A stretch of DNA of 64,000 nt from a virus, in IMG/VR virus record IMGVR_UViG_3300033562_000245, positions 54,499-118,498 of that record. One strand, given 5' to 3'. The notes beneath the pieces were generated by a model. It worked only from the letters and a program-made list of their open reading frames with translations, was not told the DNA's origin and searched no databases. Below, piece by piece: positions 19,481 through 29,854 of the stretch. Each line of letters begins with the position of its first letter. The first letter of the stretch is position 1. The position numbers and the translations under genes are program-made.

Positions 19481-19942
19481 TTAATTATTTATTTTTAATT
19501 CTTCAGGTGAGATTTCTGTAAGCTCTATATTTTCCAAGAACTCGTCAGCTTCTTCTACATTGGAATCTTCTAGAGGAGCGCCTGATGCTTTAATCATCTC
19601 TATACCACGAAGTTCCTTTAAGATACTAATAGATTGTTTTGACATCTCATCAAAGTTATCACTATTTTTCTTAGATAGATTCAATTTAGTCTGATTAACG
19701 ATATCTCCAACATCTGACTTTAGAAGAGAATCTAGAGTGCTTACCATAGCTATCTGCGCTTCTAATAACTTCCCATTCTTACTGTCGTTAGGAGATATAC
19801 ACAATTCATCCAAAGCGCCCATAAGTTTATCTATAATTTTCCTTCTTCTTGAAGCATTTTCTAAAACTTTGTCGTTAACTTTTATAAATAATGTATCTAT
19901 ATCTGGTGAGTTTGTATTGTTTATAATAATAGGTTCGCTCAT
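19481..19942 (-). CDS. Hypothetical protein (153 aa)
   Basis: ORF with AAGGTGA RBS. Confidence 0.7.
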   Translation of the reverse strand: MSEPIIINNTNSPDIDTLFIKVNDKVLENASRRRKIIDKLMGALDELCISPNDSKNGKLLEAQIAMVSTLDSLLKSDVGDIVNQTKLNLSKKNSDNFDEMSKQSISILKELRGIEMIKASGAPLEDSNVEEADEFLENIELTEISPEELKINN

Positions 19943-20126
19943 GAATCACCTTCTTTATAATTAATTTAAATGTAATCGTATTACAATACCTGATTGTTTT
20001 TCTATAAAATAGTCTTCGGTGTGCAGGTTATTAATATTTTAATTTTGATATATATTTTATATATACGTACCGTAACAATACTACGTATACGATGCTCACG
20101 CATCAGCTCCCATTGGGGGTTGAGGC

Positions 20127-20147
20127 ATATATTACCTAAGTAGAACT
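20127..20147 (+). promoter_or_regulatory. Promoter element ATATATTACCTAAGTAGAACT (copy 1)
   Basis: 21/21 identical to 29759-29779; contains TATATTAC. Confidence 0.65.
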
Positions 20148-20275
20148 AACTGTCAATTGTCTATCGTAAGTAACAATTTTAAATTCCCCGAGGAGTGCTG
20201 TTAAAGTTCACCGTGGCAAAGTGAACACAAATCATTCGAAAGCAAAAAGCTTTCGGTATAAATCTAGGAGGTTTT

Positions 20276-20968
20276 ATGTTAAATACTATTAATTCAAAAG
20301 AGAAAAACAATAAGACGTTTAGAATTTTTCTCATGTTAACCGCATTAAGTTATATAGTTGTTGGGTGCGCGTCATTCAAAAGTTTAGAGAACTATAACAA
20401 CAATGCTCTATTACAAAAGCCACTAGCACAGTTAGTGGAAAATCCTGATTATAAAGAATCTCAACCAGCTGTAATCTCACCTGCGATACCTGATCGCATA
20501 TATCGAAGCTCCGATAGTTCCTTTGTTATCGACGAATCATGTAAAATTATTAAGAAGTTCGAGAAGTTTGCACCGAAATCCTACAGGTGTCCTGGAGGGG
20601 CACTAACTGTCGGGTATGGCTTTGACATCAAACGTGTTAAACAAAGAAAGATGTCCAAGAGTGAAGCCGATCGGCATTTGAAAAGATTGGTAAGAGATAC
20701 TAAATCTTTTATTGAATCTCAATTAAAATACAGTAAATTAACAAACAATCAGATGATAGCTCTGGTATCATTTGTGTATAATGTAGGGGAACCTAATTTT
20801 GTAAAAAGTGATATGTTGCGATTAATAAATAAAAATAAGATTAGCAAAGCTGCTAAAGAATTTAATCGTTGGGTATATGCAGGATCAAAATATAAAAAGA
20901 AATTAAACGGTCTAGTTAATAGGCGACAAATTGAAAAATCGCTATTCACTAGTTATAAGTATACATAA
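20276..20968 (+). CDS. GH24 (T4/P21-type) lysozyme with lipoprotein signal
   Basis: FEKFAPKSYRCPGGALTVGYG catalytic loop; ALVSFVYNVG; lipobox IVVG-C at residue 31. Confidence 0.9.
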   Translation: MLNTINSKEKNNKTFRIFLMLTALSYIVVGCASFKSLENYNNNALLQKPLAQLVENPDYKESQPAVISPAIPDRIYRSSDSSFVIDESCKIIKKFEKFAPKSYRCPGGALTVGYGFDIKRVKQRKMSKSEADRHLKRLVRDTKSFIESQLKYSKLTNNQMIALVSFVYNVGEPNFVKSDMLRLINKNKISKAAKEFNRWVYAGSKYKKKLNGLVNRRQIEKSLFTSYKYT

Positions 20969-20980
20969 CAAATTAATACA

Positions 20981-21011
20981 GGTATCGGGTCCCAAAAAGG
21001 GATCCGGTGCC
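20981..21011 (+). terminator. Hairpin between the lysozyme genes
   Basis: GGTATCGGGTCCC-AAAAA-GGGATCCGGTGCC with G-U pairs. Confidence 0.6.
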
Positions 21012-21033
21012 GAATTCTCATTGGGGTGTTTAA

Positions 21034-21621
21034 ATGTCATATAAAAAATATTACATTGTTGAAGAGTATGATGTATTTGATGGTAATTATATTTTAGGTA
21101 TGGCTTATTTTCTCATACAGTGTTTTGAAGGATTTAAATCGACTTTATCTATAAATCCGGCGGATGGTGGTTATGATATTGGGTACGGATTTACTTGGAT
21201 AAACCACGGAAAGCACTTACAAAATATCTATGTCTTCGATGGGAAAATATCAATAGAAAGTGCCAATAACTATTTATATAAACTTGTAGCAGCCGAGTAT
21301 AACCATCTACAAAAATTAATGTCAATCCATAAATTTTCTTTGTCGGCAGGTGAACAGATAGCATGTATTTCATTAATTTATGCGGTAGGTGAGAACGGGT
21401 TTGAAAAAGGCAGCGGAAGTTGTTTCATCTCTAAAAATAAAGCAGCCCTTAGTGATTCCTTTGTGCGAGTTAGAAGGTATCAAACAGCTAAAGGTATCGT
21501 ACAAAAAGGTATGGTAAGAAGGAGAGGTTTAGAGAAACAAATATTCGATGCTCCTGATAATATTTTAGATTCTGTAGTTAGAAGGATAATTATAGCAAAC
21601 ACACCAAAAAGACGAAAGTAG
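21034..21621 (+). CDS. Divergent GH24 lysozyme paralogue
   Basis: FEGFKSTLSINPADGGYDIGYGF; ISLIYAVG; GMVRRRGLEKQIF. Confidence 0.75.
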   Translation: MSYKKYYIVEEYDVFDGNYILGMAYFLIQCFEGFKSTLSINPADGGYDIGYGFTWINHGKHLQNIYVFDGKISIESANNYLYKLVAAEYNHLQKLMSIHKFSLSAGEQIACISLIYAVGENGFEKGSGSCFISKNKAALSDSFVRVRRYQTAKGIVQKGMVRRRGLEKQIFDAPDNILDSVVRRIIIANTPKRRK

Positions 21622-21688
21622 AAATTTAATTTTTATTAACATTATATGTAATTCAACTAAATCATAACCTGTACGTCAAGGAGAAAGC

Positions 21689-24124
21689 ATGTCAAAAACC
21701 AGGCAATATGATGATAGTAGTATAGTCACCCTACAGGGTCTCGAAAAGATAACCCAGATGCCTTATGTTTATGTTGGAGATCTTGGAAGTCACACTTCAT
21801 TATTAAAAGCTATAGGGGAAATAGTTGATAATAGTTTAGATGAAGCAGACCACGGGGATGAGAACTTTATCATCGATATTATTTTTTGGACAAAGGATGG
21901 CAAGTATCAAGTAGCCGTGATAGATACAGGGGCGGGTATCCCCGCTCCGAGACTCCACGACTCTTTTACAGAGATAGCAACGTCAGGCAAATATGTTAGG
22001 AAGGGACAAGATAACCAAGCGTATAGACGATCAGCAGGTACTTATGGTATCGGAGCTAAAGCTACAGCAGGACTGTCAAATATCTTTTGTGCTATTACTC
22101 ATAATTCAGATAAGAAAGGATTGCTTGTAATAGAACACGCAAGAGTGACGAAATCTGAAGTTAAAGATTCTAAAACTCCAGATACAGGTTTGATTGTTTT
22201 TCACGAACCCTCTGAAACTTATTTCCAGACGATACCTGAGTTTATGTCCGGTGACGGGTTTAAAGCCTTCCTAGAATACGTTGAAGACTTATCGGTTTTT
22301 GAAGAGAAGGCTAACATACGTGTTCGGGTTGTTGAGAATGAGCTGCTAGATCCTGATACAATTAAAGAATCAAAAATAGATGTATTATGGAAATTCTTTA
22401 AAGAATATACAGGAGGAGAAGTTGTCTTTCAAACAAATAAAGCTACAACAATCGTAGAGTATATGAGAAAGAAACTCAATATGCCTAATGAATTGTTTAG
22501 TATGTATGTTGAAGAAGACAAAAGTATACCAGAAAGAGATAAGAAGCTTTGGTTCAAAATAACAGCCGTGCTGGCAGAAGACTACGATACAAGTTATCAG
22601 ACTAAATTCCTATCTTCTGTTAATAATGTTGCCATCAAAACAGCCGATAGCCATCAGGTACTGTCCCTGATGAATGTTATCAAAGAGAAGTTAGTTGTAT
22701 ACGAAGAAAACCCTAAAATTCAGAGATTTATAAAGGAAGGATATAAACTTCCTATGTATTTCTGTATCAATGTTTATTTTAAAGGGGCGGTATACTTGGA
22801 TCTAGTTAAGACTCGATTTAGGGATCAAGAATTTGCTTCTCAGTACTATTCCGCTCTCAGTAAAATTCTCAAAGGGCATGACCACTCGAACCGGTTAGCG
22901 GAGCTATACGTCCTTCTAAAGAATAATATCGTGATGCAGTATGAAAGATTTCTTACTTCTTCTTTAACCACCAATGCTGGGGGTATCAAGAATCTAGGAG
23001 CGAAATTAAAGAACTTTGATAAGTTTGCTCCTTGTAGAAGTAAAGATCCGAACATTGCCGAATTATTTATAACAGAGGGCGACTCTGCATTCGGTAACCT
23101 AAAGAATATAAGGAATAGCGAGTATCAGGCAGTTGTTGCATCCAAAGGTAAACCTATAAATAGTTTTAAACATGAAGCAGAGGATACTTTTAGCAACGAT
23201 GTATTCCATGATTTATCTTTAATCCTTGGTATTAAACCCGGGGATCCGATCGAAAAGATAAATTTTAAGAATATTAACATTGTTGCGGATCCCGATGCGC
23301 ATGGCGGGCATATAGAAACATTAATTATAGGAAATCTATATGCTCTCAATCCTCTTATTATAGATAACGGCTGGGTGAATATTATTACATCACCTGAGTA
23401 TCACGTTAGTTATAAAAAGAAAGAACTATTTATTAAGGATGCTGTTGCTTTATTTGAATTTAAGGTTAAAGCTTTTTGGCAATTCTATTTTAGATTGTTC
23501 ATTCAAAGTACAAAGACAAAAGCTATCACGGAAGTTGTTGATGATGAAGAATTTAAAATTACTTGTTCTGTTATAGACTATCTTGGTTCTACTATAGAAG
23601 AAGTTGCTAAAGATCTTGTGCTTGAAGCTAGTTTACTTGAAATGTTTATTAATGTACATGCGCATATTAAACCTAATCAAATAAACACAGAAAAGATAAA
23701 AGAGATTCTAAAATATGATAGGGTTGTCTACACAAAAGATACGAACAGTCTTATTCTTATTCGTGAAGAAATGGAGATACCGGTTATCTTAGACGGGCTC
23801 TATGAAAACATAGAAACTAAAATCTTACCTGTGTTTAACGATTATAGTAAAAAATATTGGAATATATTAGTATCCTTGAAAAGTAATCCCGCGGTAACTA
23901 AAGTCCCTATAACTATTGTAGATATGTGTAACTTAATGAGAGATACATCTAAAGATATAGATGTGTTTAAATTTAAAGGTGTTGGTACTATGAGTGCTAA
24001 GAATTTAGAACCTACGGTAATTGATCCTTTAACTAGATCTTACATTAAGATTAAGTCTATAGGGAGTGTACAAGAAATTGAAGACATGCTCGGAAGAGAT
24101 GCGTCTAAACGTAAACATCTATAA
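21689..24124 (+). CDS. gyrB: Type IIA topoisomerase subunit B (GyrB/ParE-like)
   Basis: GHKL motifs EIVDNSLDE, DTGAGIP, GTYGIGA; TOPRIM LFITEGDSA and DPDAHGGHI; FKGVGTM. Confidence 0.9.
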   Translation: MSKTRQYDDSSIVTLQGLEKITQMPYVYVGDLGSHTSLLKAIGEIVDNSLDEADHGDENFIIDIIFWTKDGKYQVAVIDTGAGIPAPRLHDSFTEIATSGKYVRKGQDNQAYRRSAGTYGIGAKATAGLSNIFCAITHNSDKKGLLVIEHARVTKSEVKDSKTPDTGLIVFHEPSETYFQTIPEFMSGDGFKAFLEYVEDLSVFEEKANIRVRVVENELLDPDTIKESKIDVLWKFFKEYTGGEVVFQTNKATTIVEYMRKKLNMPNELFSMYVEEDKSIPERDKKLWFKITAVLAEDYDTSYQTKFLSSVNNVAIKTADSHQVLSLMNVIKEKLVVYEENPKIQRFIKEGYKLPMYFCINVYFKGAVYLDLVKTRFRDQEFASQYYSALSKILKGHDHSNRLAELYVLLKNNIVMQYERFLTSSLTTNAGGIKNLGAKLKNFDKFAPCRSKDPNIAELFITEGDSAFGNLKNIRNSEYQAVVASKGKPINSFKHEAEDTFSNDVFHDLSLILGIKPGDPIEKINFKNINIVADPDAHGGHIETLIIGNLYALNPLIIDNGWVNIITSPEYHVSYKKKELFIKDAVALFEFKVKAFWQFYFRLFIQSTKTKAITEVVDDEEFKITCSVIDYLGSTIEEVAKDLVLEASLLEMFINVHAHIKPNQINTEKIKEILKYDRVVYTKDTNSLILIREEMEIPVILDGLYENIETKILPVFNDYSKKYWNILVSLKSNPAVTKVPITIVDMCNLMRDTSKDIDVFKFKGVGTMSAKNLEPTVIDPLTRSYIKIKSIGSVQEIEDMLGRDASKRKHL

Positions 24125-24135
24125 AAGGAATTGAT

Positions 24136-25002
24136 ATGGTACATATAGACAGCAACGGTATTATGAGAAACGACTGCCTTAAGGATATAGGGTATGGTTT
24201 GGATACTTCTGAATCGAACATTAAACTTATTAATGCATTAACTGAGATGGCTTCTGCTTCTAAATTACGTAATTTCGAATTTAATGCTCGCGAAAGAATA
24301 GATAATTATTGTAAACCGGGGTGGGAGAACCATGTAGCATCGTGTTGTGATGATTCAAGTACGTTTCTTGTAGCTTCTACATTTATTATGGGATCGATAG
24401 TTGGTTCTAAGACAATCAACATTGAGGATATAACGTTTAAGTTTGTCCTCGTCGGTCTATTGGACAATCTCATAAATACAGAAACAAGAGCCCAAAAAAA
24501 TTTTAGATACCTCGAACTTCTTTGTGAGTATAAGGACAATTACATATCGATAATCGAAGAATCTAGCGATATCGATATGGAATTCCTTACCGACACAATG
24601 AAACACTTATCTAAAATAATGTATGAGACAGGATTGTATTGGGATTTCTTGATTCTGTACGTTGGTTTGTTTAACAGCATTCTATTGAGAGGTATATACG
24701 CGCAACGGTTTATTGGTGATATATACGATTCAATCAAGGAAGGCGTATATATTACATCTAAGAATGTTATTATTGAAGATGTTATTTGTATTGACAAATC
24801 GAATTTAAAAATTAGATGCTATCAACTTTTAAATCAAAACCTAAATCTCCTTTCCGATGGAAACGGAAAAGATTTAGAGAAACATGGGTATGATTTATTG
24901 GTAAGCACGCCAATGATATTTACAGCCGCAATAATCATGGCCTTTCTAAAATCAGAGACTCAGTATGAGCCAATTAGTACGTATCTTTACGATTTAGTTT
25001 GA
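24136..25002 (+). CDS. Hypothetical protein (288 aa)
   Basis: ORF with AAGGA RBS between the topoisomerase subunits. Confidence 0.7.
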   Translation: MVHIDSNGIMRNDCLKDIGYGLDTSESNIKLINALTEMASASKLRNFEFNARERIDNYCKPGWENHVASCCDDSSTFLVASTFIMGSIVGSKTINIEDITFKFVLVGLLDNLINTETRAQKNFRYLELLCEYKDNYISIIEESSDIDMEFLTDTMKHLSKIMYETGLYWDFLILYVGLFNSILLRGIYAQRFIGDIYDSIKEGVYITSKNVIIEDVICIDKSNLKIRCYQLLNQNLNLLSDGNGKDLEKHGYDLLVSTPMIFTAAIIMAFLKSETQYEPISTYLYDLV

Positions 25003-25047
25003 TGTTTTTAACGGAGATAAAAACAATTTAACAAAGGAACCTGACTT

Positions 25048-25578
25048 ATGGCAAAAATATTGTCTGAGGAAGACATTACAAAGATGCAGGAACAATTCGG
25101 AACGGAGGGAGACTATTATGCACAAATAATGTTGGCCTCTGATATTGGTGCTCCTGTATATACAAAAGGAGATATTTCTAAAGTTAGAGGTATCCTCGAT
25201 AAACTTCTTAGATACTTCTTTATAAAAAAGAAAATATCTGTTAACAAGTTTAAAATGGCAGTGTTTAGTTATTGTCAGTATCTAGGCATCGGACACCCTG
25301 CTTATGTTGGGTCTTCAGAGAATACCGAATACACTAATATAAAAAGGACTATAACTTCTGATAATTCCAAATATGGTTTAACCTTTTCTACTTTCAGAAA
25401 AGTAACTAATAACATACTTGGATATCAAATAGAAGATATGACCGTTAAATTAAGAAATGTCGGGACAGGAGAATCCGTGACTGTTTCTTTATCAGAAATT
25501 AACGAGTATCTTAAATCAAACGATTACAATTTTCCTGATATCAAACTGAAAGAAGAGAATAATAATGAGCCTACTTAA
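25048..25578 (+). CDS. Hypothetical protein (176 aa)
   Basis: ORF with AAGGA RBS; overlaps the gyrA-like start. Confidence 0.7.
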   Translation: MAKILSEEDITKMQEQFGTEGDYYAQIMLASDIGAPVYTKGDISKVRGILDKLLRYFFIKKKISVNKFKMAVFSYCQYLGIGHPAYVGSSENTEYTNIKRTITSDNSKYGLTFSTFRKVTNNILGYQIEDMTVKLRNVGTGESVTVSLSEINEYLKSNDYNFPDIKLKEENNNEPT

Positions 25579-27883
25579 ACCGGAAGCAGAAAACATTATA
25601 CAGCTTGAAGATGCCATTGAGCAAGAAGAGATCGATGCTGGCAGCTTCGTGTCAATGAGGATGGCCGAGTTTACTAAAGACCAGCAAAAACACATTCTCC
25701 CTGATTCTAGAGACGGGCTGATGTCTGTGACAAGAAGATTTCTTTGGCAATGTTACGCCTACAGTAATAAATTGACAGGATTTCTGAATATAATCCCAGA
25801 CACAGCTAAGCTCCACAACCATGGTGACACTTCTATACGAAATTCTATAGATGTTCATATGCAACCGTGGAAAACCCCTATAACCCTATTATTCACCGAT
25901 GGTAATAAAGGCACTTATTCGGGAGATAATGCTGCAGCCTCTAGATACTTAAGAGGATACGTATCCGACATTGCAATGGATATTTACTTTAACAGAATAA
26001 ACAAAAAAGTAATTCCAATGGAGGATGCTGAGGTTGGTGAGGGTGTAGAGCCTATACACCTAATACCAATAATTCCAGCAGGATTAGTGAATAACGACAA
26101 GACTATAACACCCGGTCATAAGTTCGTAAACATACCTATCAATATAAATGATATGTGTGAACTTACTCGTGATTATATCGGGTACAAGTCTAAAGGTCAT
26201 GAGTATCCGTTAAAAAGAAGATCGGTAACCGATAAATTAGTAAAGTATCTTTTACCTGATATTCCGGCTGCAGGCTTATTGAGAAATTTTAAATTGCTAA
26301 TGAAAGAATATAAAGACGGTAATTTTAATTATCCTGTAGTAATAGATGGGGTATTAGAAATAAGTCCAAACAGTATTGTAATAAATACGATACATTCATA
26401 TTCTTTAGCAAACAGAAGAAAACTTATAGAATTAAAGGAAATGGTAGACAATAATTCTTTCTTCTCAAAGAATTTTTCTGAGTTCGCCGACATGGCTGAT
26501 AAAAATAGTATTTATGGTAAACATACATTTAGTATGAAGAGAGGAGTTGAACCGTTTGTTGTTCTCGATCAACTAAAAGCTTTTTATGGTTTCACTACAT
26601 CTATTCGACCATTTAGAAACTTCCTTAATAGGTACCGTCAACGTCAGGATATGAGCCAATTTGACATCCTCGAAGCCTGGTACGAAGTACGCTATAAGAG
26701 TGTAATTCATCAACTTAAGTTAGAACAGATTGCGGCGATTAACAATGTAAGAAGGTTAAAGGCCCTTATAGTAGCACTTCGTCACTCTAAACAGATATTT
26801 GAGATATTTGATACTTCTGAATCTTTGGACTCTGCCTTAAGATCTATCGTAATGGCTTTTCCAGAACTAACAATGTATCAAGCTCAATATCTTGGGGATA
26901 TCAAACATAAAGAATTAACGAAACACAGTAGACAAAGTTTAATGGAAGAAATAGAGAAAGCAGAGAAAGACTTACTCGATATCAACAATAAGTTGAGTAA
27001 TATAGATTCTCTGATATTAGACGAAGTAAATTTCTTTCAAAAAAAATATTGTAAGCAGAATAAAACTAAGACTTTCTTTAAAGGAGTAGATTTAGGCAAG
27101 TCAGAACGGTTTATCAAAGTACCGAACTTTATTTGTGTATGTCAAATAAGAGATATAGGTTACCAACAATGTTTTGATTGGGAAGAAGTTAATGACTGTA
27201 TCGTCATAAATCAAAGTAAAGTTGAAGTTCTTATGTATCCCAATAAAGACGTATACAAATATATGATTGATTTAAATCGGGAACGTGTAATAGATGACGT
27301 CGATCTTGATTTGCCTCAAATATTTGCAGCAAGCAAATTCGAATACGCTGATAAACCTCTGCTTAATACTGTAGTATTAACCGCAAATAAGAAAGTATTT
27401 CTTAAGAAAGGTCTCATACGTAATACTGAATTAGACAGTAAGTATTATTACATCGGAAATAAGTACAGAGCTTTTTATCGGGACGGGTCTATATCTGTTG
27501 AAAACTTCGAAGTTTCAGATAGAAGATTGATAACAGATATAATACATATATCCAATCATACGGACGAACATTGTATAGTAGTATATATATCACCAGTTAA
27601 AGCTGGCTATGTATGTATGGAAAAACTCACCTCAGATAAATTGAACTATTTCGATGTTAAAACTACAGAGATCTTGTATGCCGGATATGACGATGATGTG
27701 TTTTTATCTATACCCAAACACTGTATTAGTAAACTTAAAGATAAGTATTTACTGATAAAGAATATTAAGGGTTTATTTAAAGATAGATCTAAAATAGATT
27801 TTACATTAGGGAAATATGATTTCAAGAATGTAGAATATAAGAAGTCAAATATCAGGCACATTAACGTATTAGAAATAGTTTAA
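25565..27883 (+). CDS. gyrA: Type IIA topoisomerase subunit A (GyrA/ParC-like)
   Basis: LPDSRDGL...RR, HNHGDTSI, GNKG, AAASRY (catalytic Tyr). Confidence 0.85.
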   Translation: MSLLKPEAENIIQLEDAIEQEEIDAGSFVSMRMAEFTKDQQKHILPDSRDGLMSVTRRFLWQCYAYSNKLTGFLNIIPDTAKLHNHGDTSIRNSIDVHMQPWKTPITLLFTDGNKGTYSGDNAAASRYLRGYVSDIAMDIYFNRINKKVIPMEDAEVGEGVEPIHLIPIIPAGLVNNDKTITPGHKFVNIPININDMCELTRDYIGYKSKGHEYPLKRRSVTDKLVKYLLPDIPAAGLLRNFKLLMKEYKDGNFNYPVVIDGVLEISPNSIVINTIHSYSLANRRKLIELKEMVDNNSFFSKNFSEFADMADKNSIYGKHTFSMKRGVEPFVVLDQLKAFYGFTTSIRPFRNFLNRYRQRQDMSQFDILEAWYEVRYKSVIHQLKLEQIAAINNVRRLKALIVALRHSKQIFEIFDTSESLDSALRSIVMAFPELTMYQAQYLGDIKHKELTKHSRQSLMEEIEKAEKDLLDINNKLSNIDSLILDEVNFFQKKYCKQNKTKTFFKGVDLGKSERFIKVPNFICVCQIRDIGYQQCFDWEEVNDCIVINQSKVEVLMYPNKDVYKYMIDLNRERVIDDVDLDLPQIFAASKFEYADKPLLNTVVLTANKKVFLKKGLIRNTELDSKYYYIGNKYRAFYRDGSISVENFEVSDRRLITDIIHISNHTDEHCIVVYISPVKAGYVCMEKLTSDKLNYFDVKTTEILYAGYDDDVFLSIPKHCISKLKDKYLLIKNIKGLFKDRSKIDFTLGKYDFKNVEYKKSNIRHINVLEIV

Positions 27884-27885
27884 CC

Positions 27886-27909
27886 GAGAGGGGCCATCAG
27901 GCCCCTCTC
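27886..27909. terminator. Hairpin, terminator-like
   Basis: GAGAGGGGCC-ATCA-GGCCCCTCTC. Confidence 0.75.
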
Positions 27910-27940
27910 TATACTATTAATATATTTTTTGTAAGGTATC

Positions 27941-28627
27941 TTGACAATGGCAAAATTAACAGCGTCGGAAAAGAGAAAAAAGATAGAGAACCGAGTTTTA
28001 ACGGCCATGTCTATAGCCGACAAAACAAAGAAAAACTATAATAGATATAAAGCTATGTTTGAAGCTATGAACGATAAAGATTTTAGCGGATTTATGGATG
28101 ACATAGTTAAAGGAGATTATCAATTATATTATCAATCGCCCAATATGAATAACAATCCAATGGTAATGAGCGATCTCATAGCAGCTGCTGAATATTTAAA
28201 TTTAAAACTAATGCACCATTTGATCATACATGATAAAGCAACAGATAAAGAATTTATAACCCCAGAAGAATACTTAGTAATTAAAGCTCCTGTAAGAAGA
28301 GCCCAGCAGTATTTTAATAAGAAAATTAGCGTACCTAAATCAGATACTAAAGTTGACTTTATGTCGGGCCAGGTTACCGGGGAATCAAGAGCAGCAAATA
28401 TGTCAACACCAGAAATATTGATTCTCAATCAGCGAGGGTTAAAAGAAACAGCCAAAGAACTTGTAAAAGTTAGAGGTGGTGACTTAACAGCTTATAACGA
28501 ATTTGAAAGAACTTGTGTCGAAACAGGATCTGTATCATTGGATGCGTTAGACCCTAATTCGAAATCTGTTTCGGCAGATACATTAAAGATATTACTTAAA
28601 GGAATTATGATTGACTCAAATATTTGA
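27941..28627 (+). CDS. Virion RNA polymerase beta C-terminal piece (phiKZ gp149-like)
   Basis: RRAQQYFNKKIS...GQVTGES...PE...ELVKVRGGD resembles the RpoB C-terminus (GGQR.GEME...E..T.KSDD). Confidence 0.75.
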   Translation: MTMAKLTASEKRKKIENRVLTAMSIADKTKKNYNRYKAMFEAMNDKDFSGFMDDIVKGDYQLYYQSPNMNNNPMVMSDLIAAAEYLNLKLMHHLIIHDKATDKEFITPEEYLVIKAPVRRAQQYFNKKISVPKSDTKVDFMSGQVTGESRAANMSTPEILILNQRGLKETAKELVKVRGGDLTAYNEFERTCVETGSVSLDALDPNSKSVSADTLKILLKGIMIDSNI

Positions 28628-28682
28628 GCCGGCATATAAGATCGATAGTAATATATAATCGATTAACATAGGAGAATTTATT

Positions 28683-29624
28683 ATGGTGGCAGATTTAGTA
28701 CCTAGTAGAATGAAAGGATGTGCTGTTTACGAATCTAATTCAGCTCCAGTCCCTGTAGAAGCGTATAAAAAACCGGCATGGGGGAAAAGTGCAGAAACGT
28801 ATCTGAAGGATGCATCTAATAAAGTAGGCGAGTCAGTAAAGGCGATAACCAGGACAGCCAAAGTAGCGACGGCTACAGTTATAAGTAAACTAACTAATAA
28901 TAAATTTGTTAGTTTTATAAAAAATTTAGCAGGTAAATTAAAATCTGCCTTTATGATGGTAGCTAATGCAGTTTCTTGGATTGTAGGTGTTGCCAAGTCC
29001 GTTGTGAAAATGATAAGTGATACTGTTAAGGCGGTTCACGATTTGTCGGCAACACTGGTTGCTTTGATAAAGCAAAGCGGAATATGGCAACTAGCTAACT
29101 CATTATGCGGAGGTCTGGATCTTTCTGGTATTGCAGCTAGTATTGCTAGTATTCAGACTCAAATGGATTTTGATAAAGTATTAGATTTTGCTCTTGAGGG
29201 TCTAGATAGTTCTCTTCTGGGCAATATAAAAAATTGTCAGTTGTTTACTCCCGGCAGTGTAGATAAATTAAAAGCGGCTCTTAAAAATGTTTTCTCAGAG
29301 TCTAATTTTATAATGCTTGATTGTATGAAAGATGTTGCCGGCTTCAGCGACGACCCTAGTATAAATAGAAAACTAAGAGGTGCTGCTAAATTCATGTCTG
29401 ACGATTCTTTAAATGCCGACGCATTAAACAATATCGCAGAGTGGATGGATACTACAAATGATTTTATGTTTCTTGTTGAAAATAATGATAGATTCCCTAC
29501 AAAGAAAGTTTATGATCTAGCAGGCACTGAAGATTTAGTTACTTCTGTTCCAAAATACTGTGAGGCGGTACTCGGTACCATTGATGCTCGTATGTTAAAG
29601 GCCACAGCCGCATATATAGGATAA
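28683..29624 (+). CDS. Hypothetical, probably virion structural protein (313 aa)
   Basis: ORF with AGGAG RBS; amphipathic helical N-terminal half. Confidence 0.55.
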   Translation: MVADLVPSRMKGCAVYESNSAPVPVEAYKKPAWGKSAETYLKDASNKVGESVKAITRTAKVATATVISKLTNNKFVSFIKNLAGKLKSAFMMVANAVSWIVGVAKSVVKMISDTVKAVHDLSATLVALIKQSGIWQLANSLCGGLDLSGIAASIASIQTQMDFDKVLDFALEGLDSSLLGNIKNCQLFTPGSVDKLKAALKNVFSESNFIMLDCMKDVAGFSDDPSINRKLRGAAKFMSDDSLNADALNNIAEWMDTTNDFMFLVENNDRFPTKKVYDLAGTEDLVTSVPKYCEAVLGTIDARMLKATAAYIG

Positions 29625-29636
29625 TATAGAACAACA

Positions 29637-29661
29637 GACCTGCGGCTAAACGCCGCAGGTC
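29637..29661. terminator. Hairpin, terminator-like
   Basis: GACCTGCGGC-TAAAC-GCCGCAGGTC. Confidence 0.75.
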
Positions 29662-29758
29662 ACCTACATAAAATTTTAAGTATTATCACAATTATTTAAT
29701 ATAGTTGTTTTGTTGTATCGAGTAACACGCAGCCACAATTACCATACCGAGTTTATGT

Positions 29759-29779
29759 ATATATTACCTAAGTAGAACT
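29759..29779 (+). promoter_or_regulatory. Promoter element ATATATTACCTAAGTAGAACT (copy 2)
   Basis: Identical to 20127-20147; upstream of the operon containing the nvRNAP beta subunit. Confidence 0.65.
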
Positions 29780-29854
29780 TAGGCAAAAAATCAAGGTAAT
29801 TTCTAATTACCTAGCACAAATTATAATTAAAATATACACATAAAGAGGTGGGTA

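Noticed and set aside
20206-20256. c-di-GMP-I riboswitch, suggested by GGCAAA...CATTCGAAAG
   Set aside because: CGAAAGC pairs with GCTTTCG as a plain hairpin; the P2 partner strand and GACGCAAAGC segment are absent
2271-27883. Inteins or introns in the polymerase or topoisomerase genes
   Set aside because: No C...HN splice motifs or LAGLIDADG inserts seen; lengths fit uninterrupted proteins
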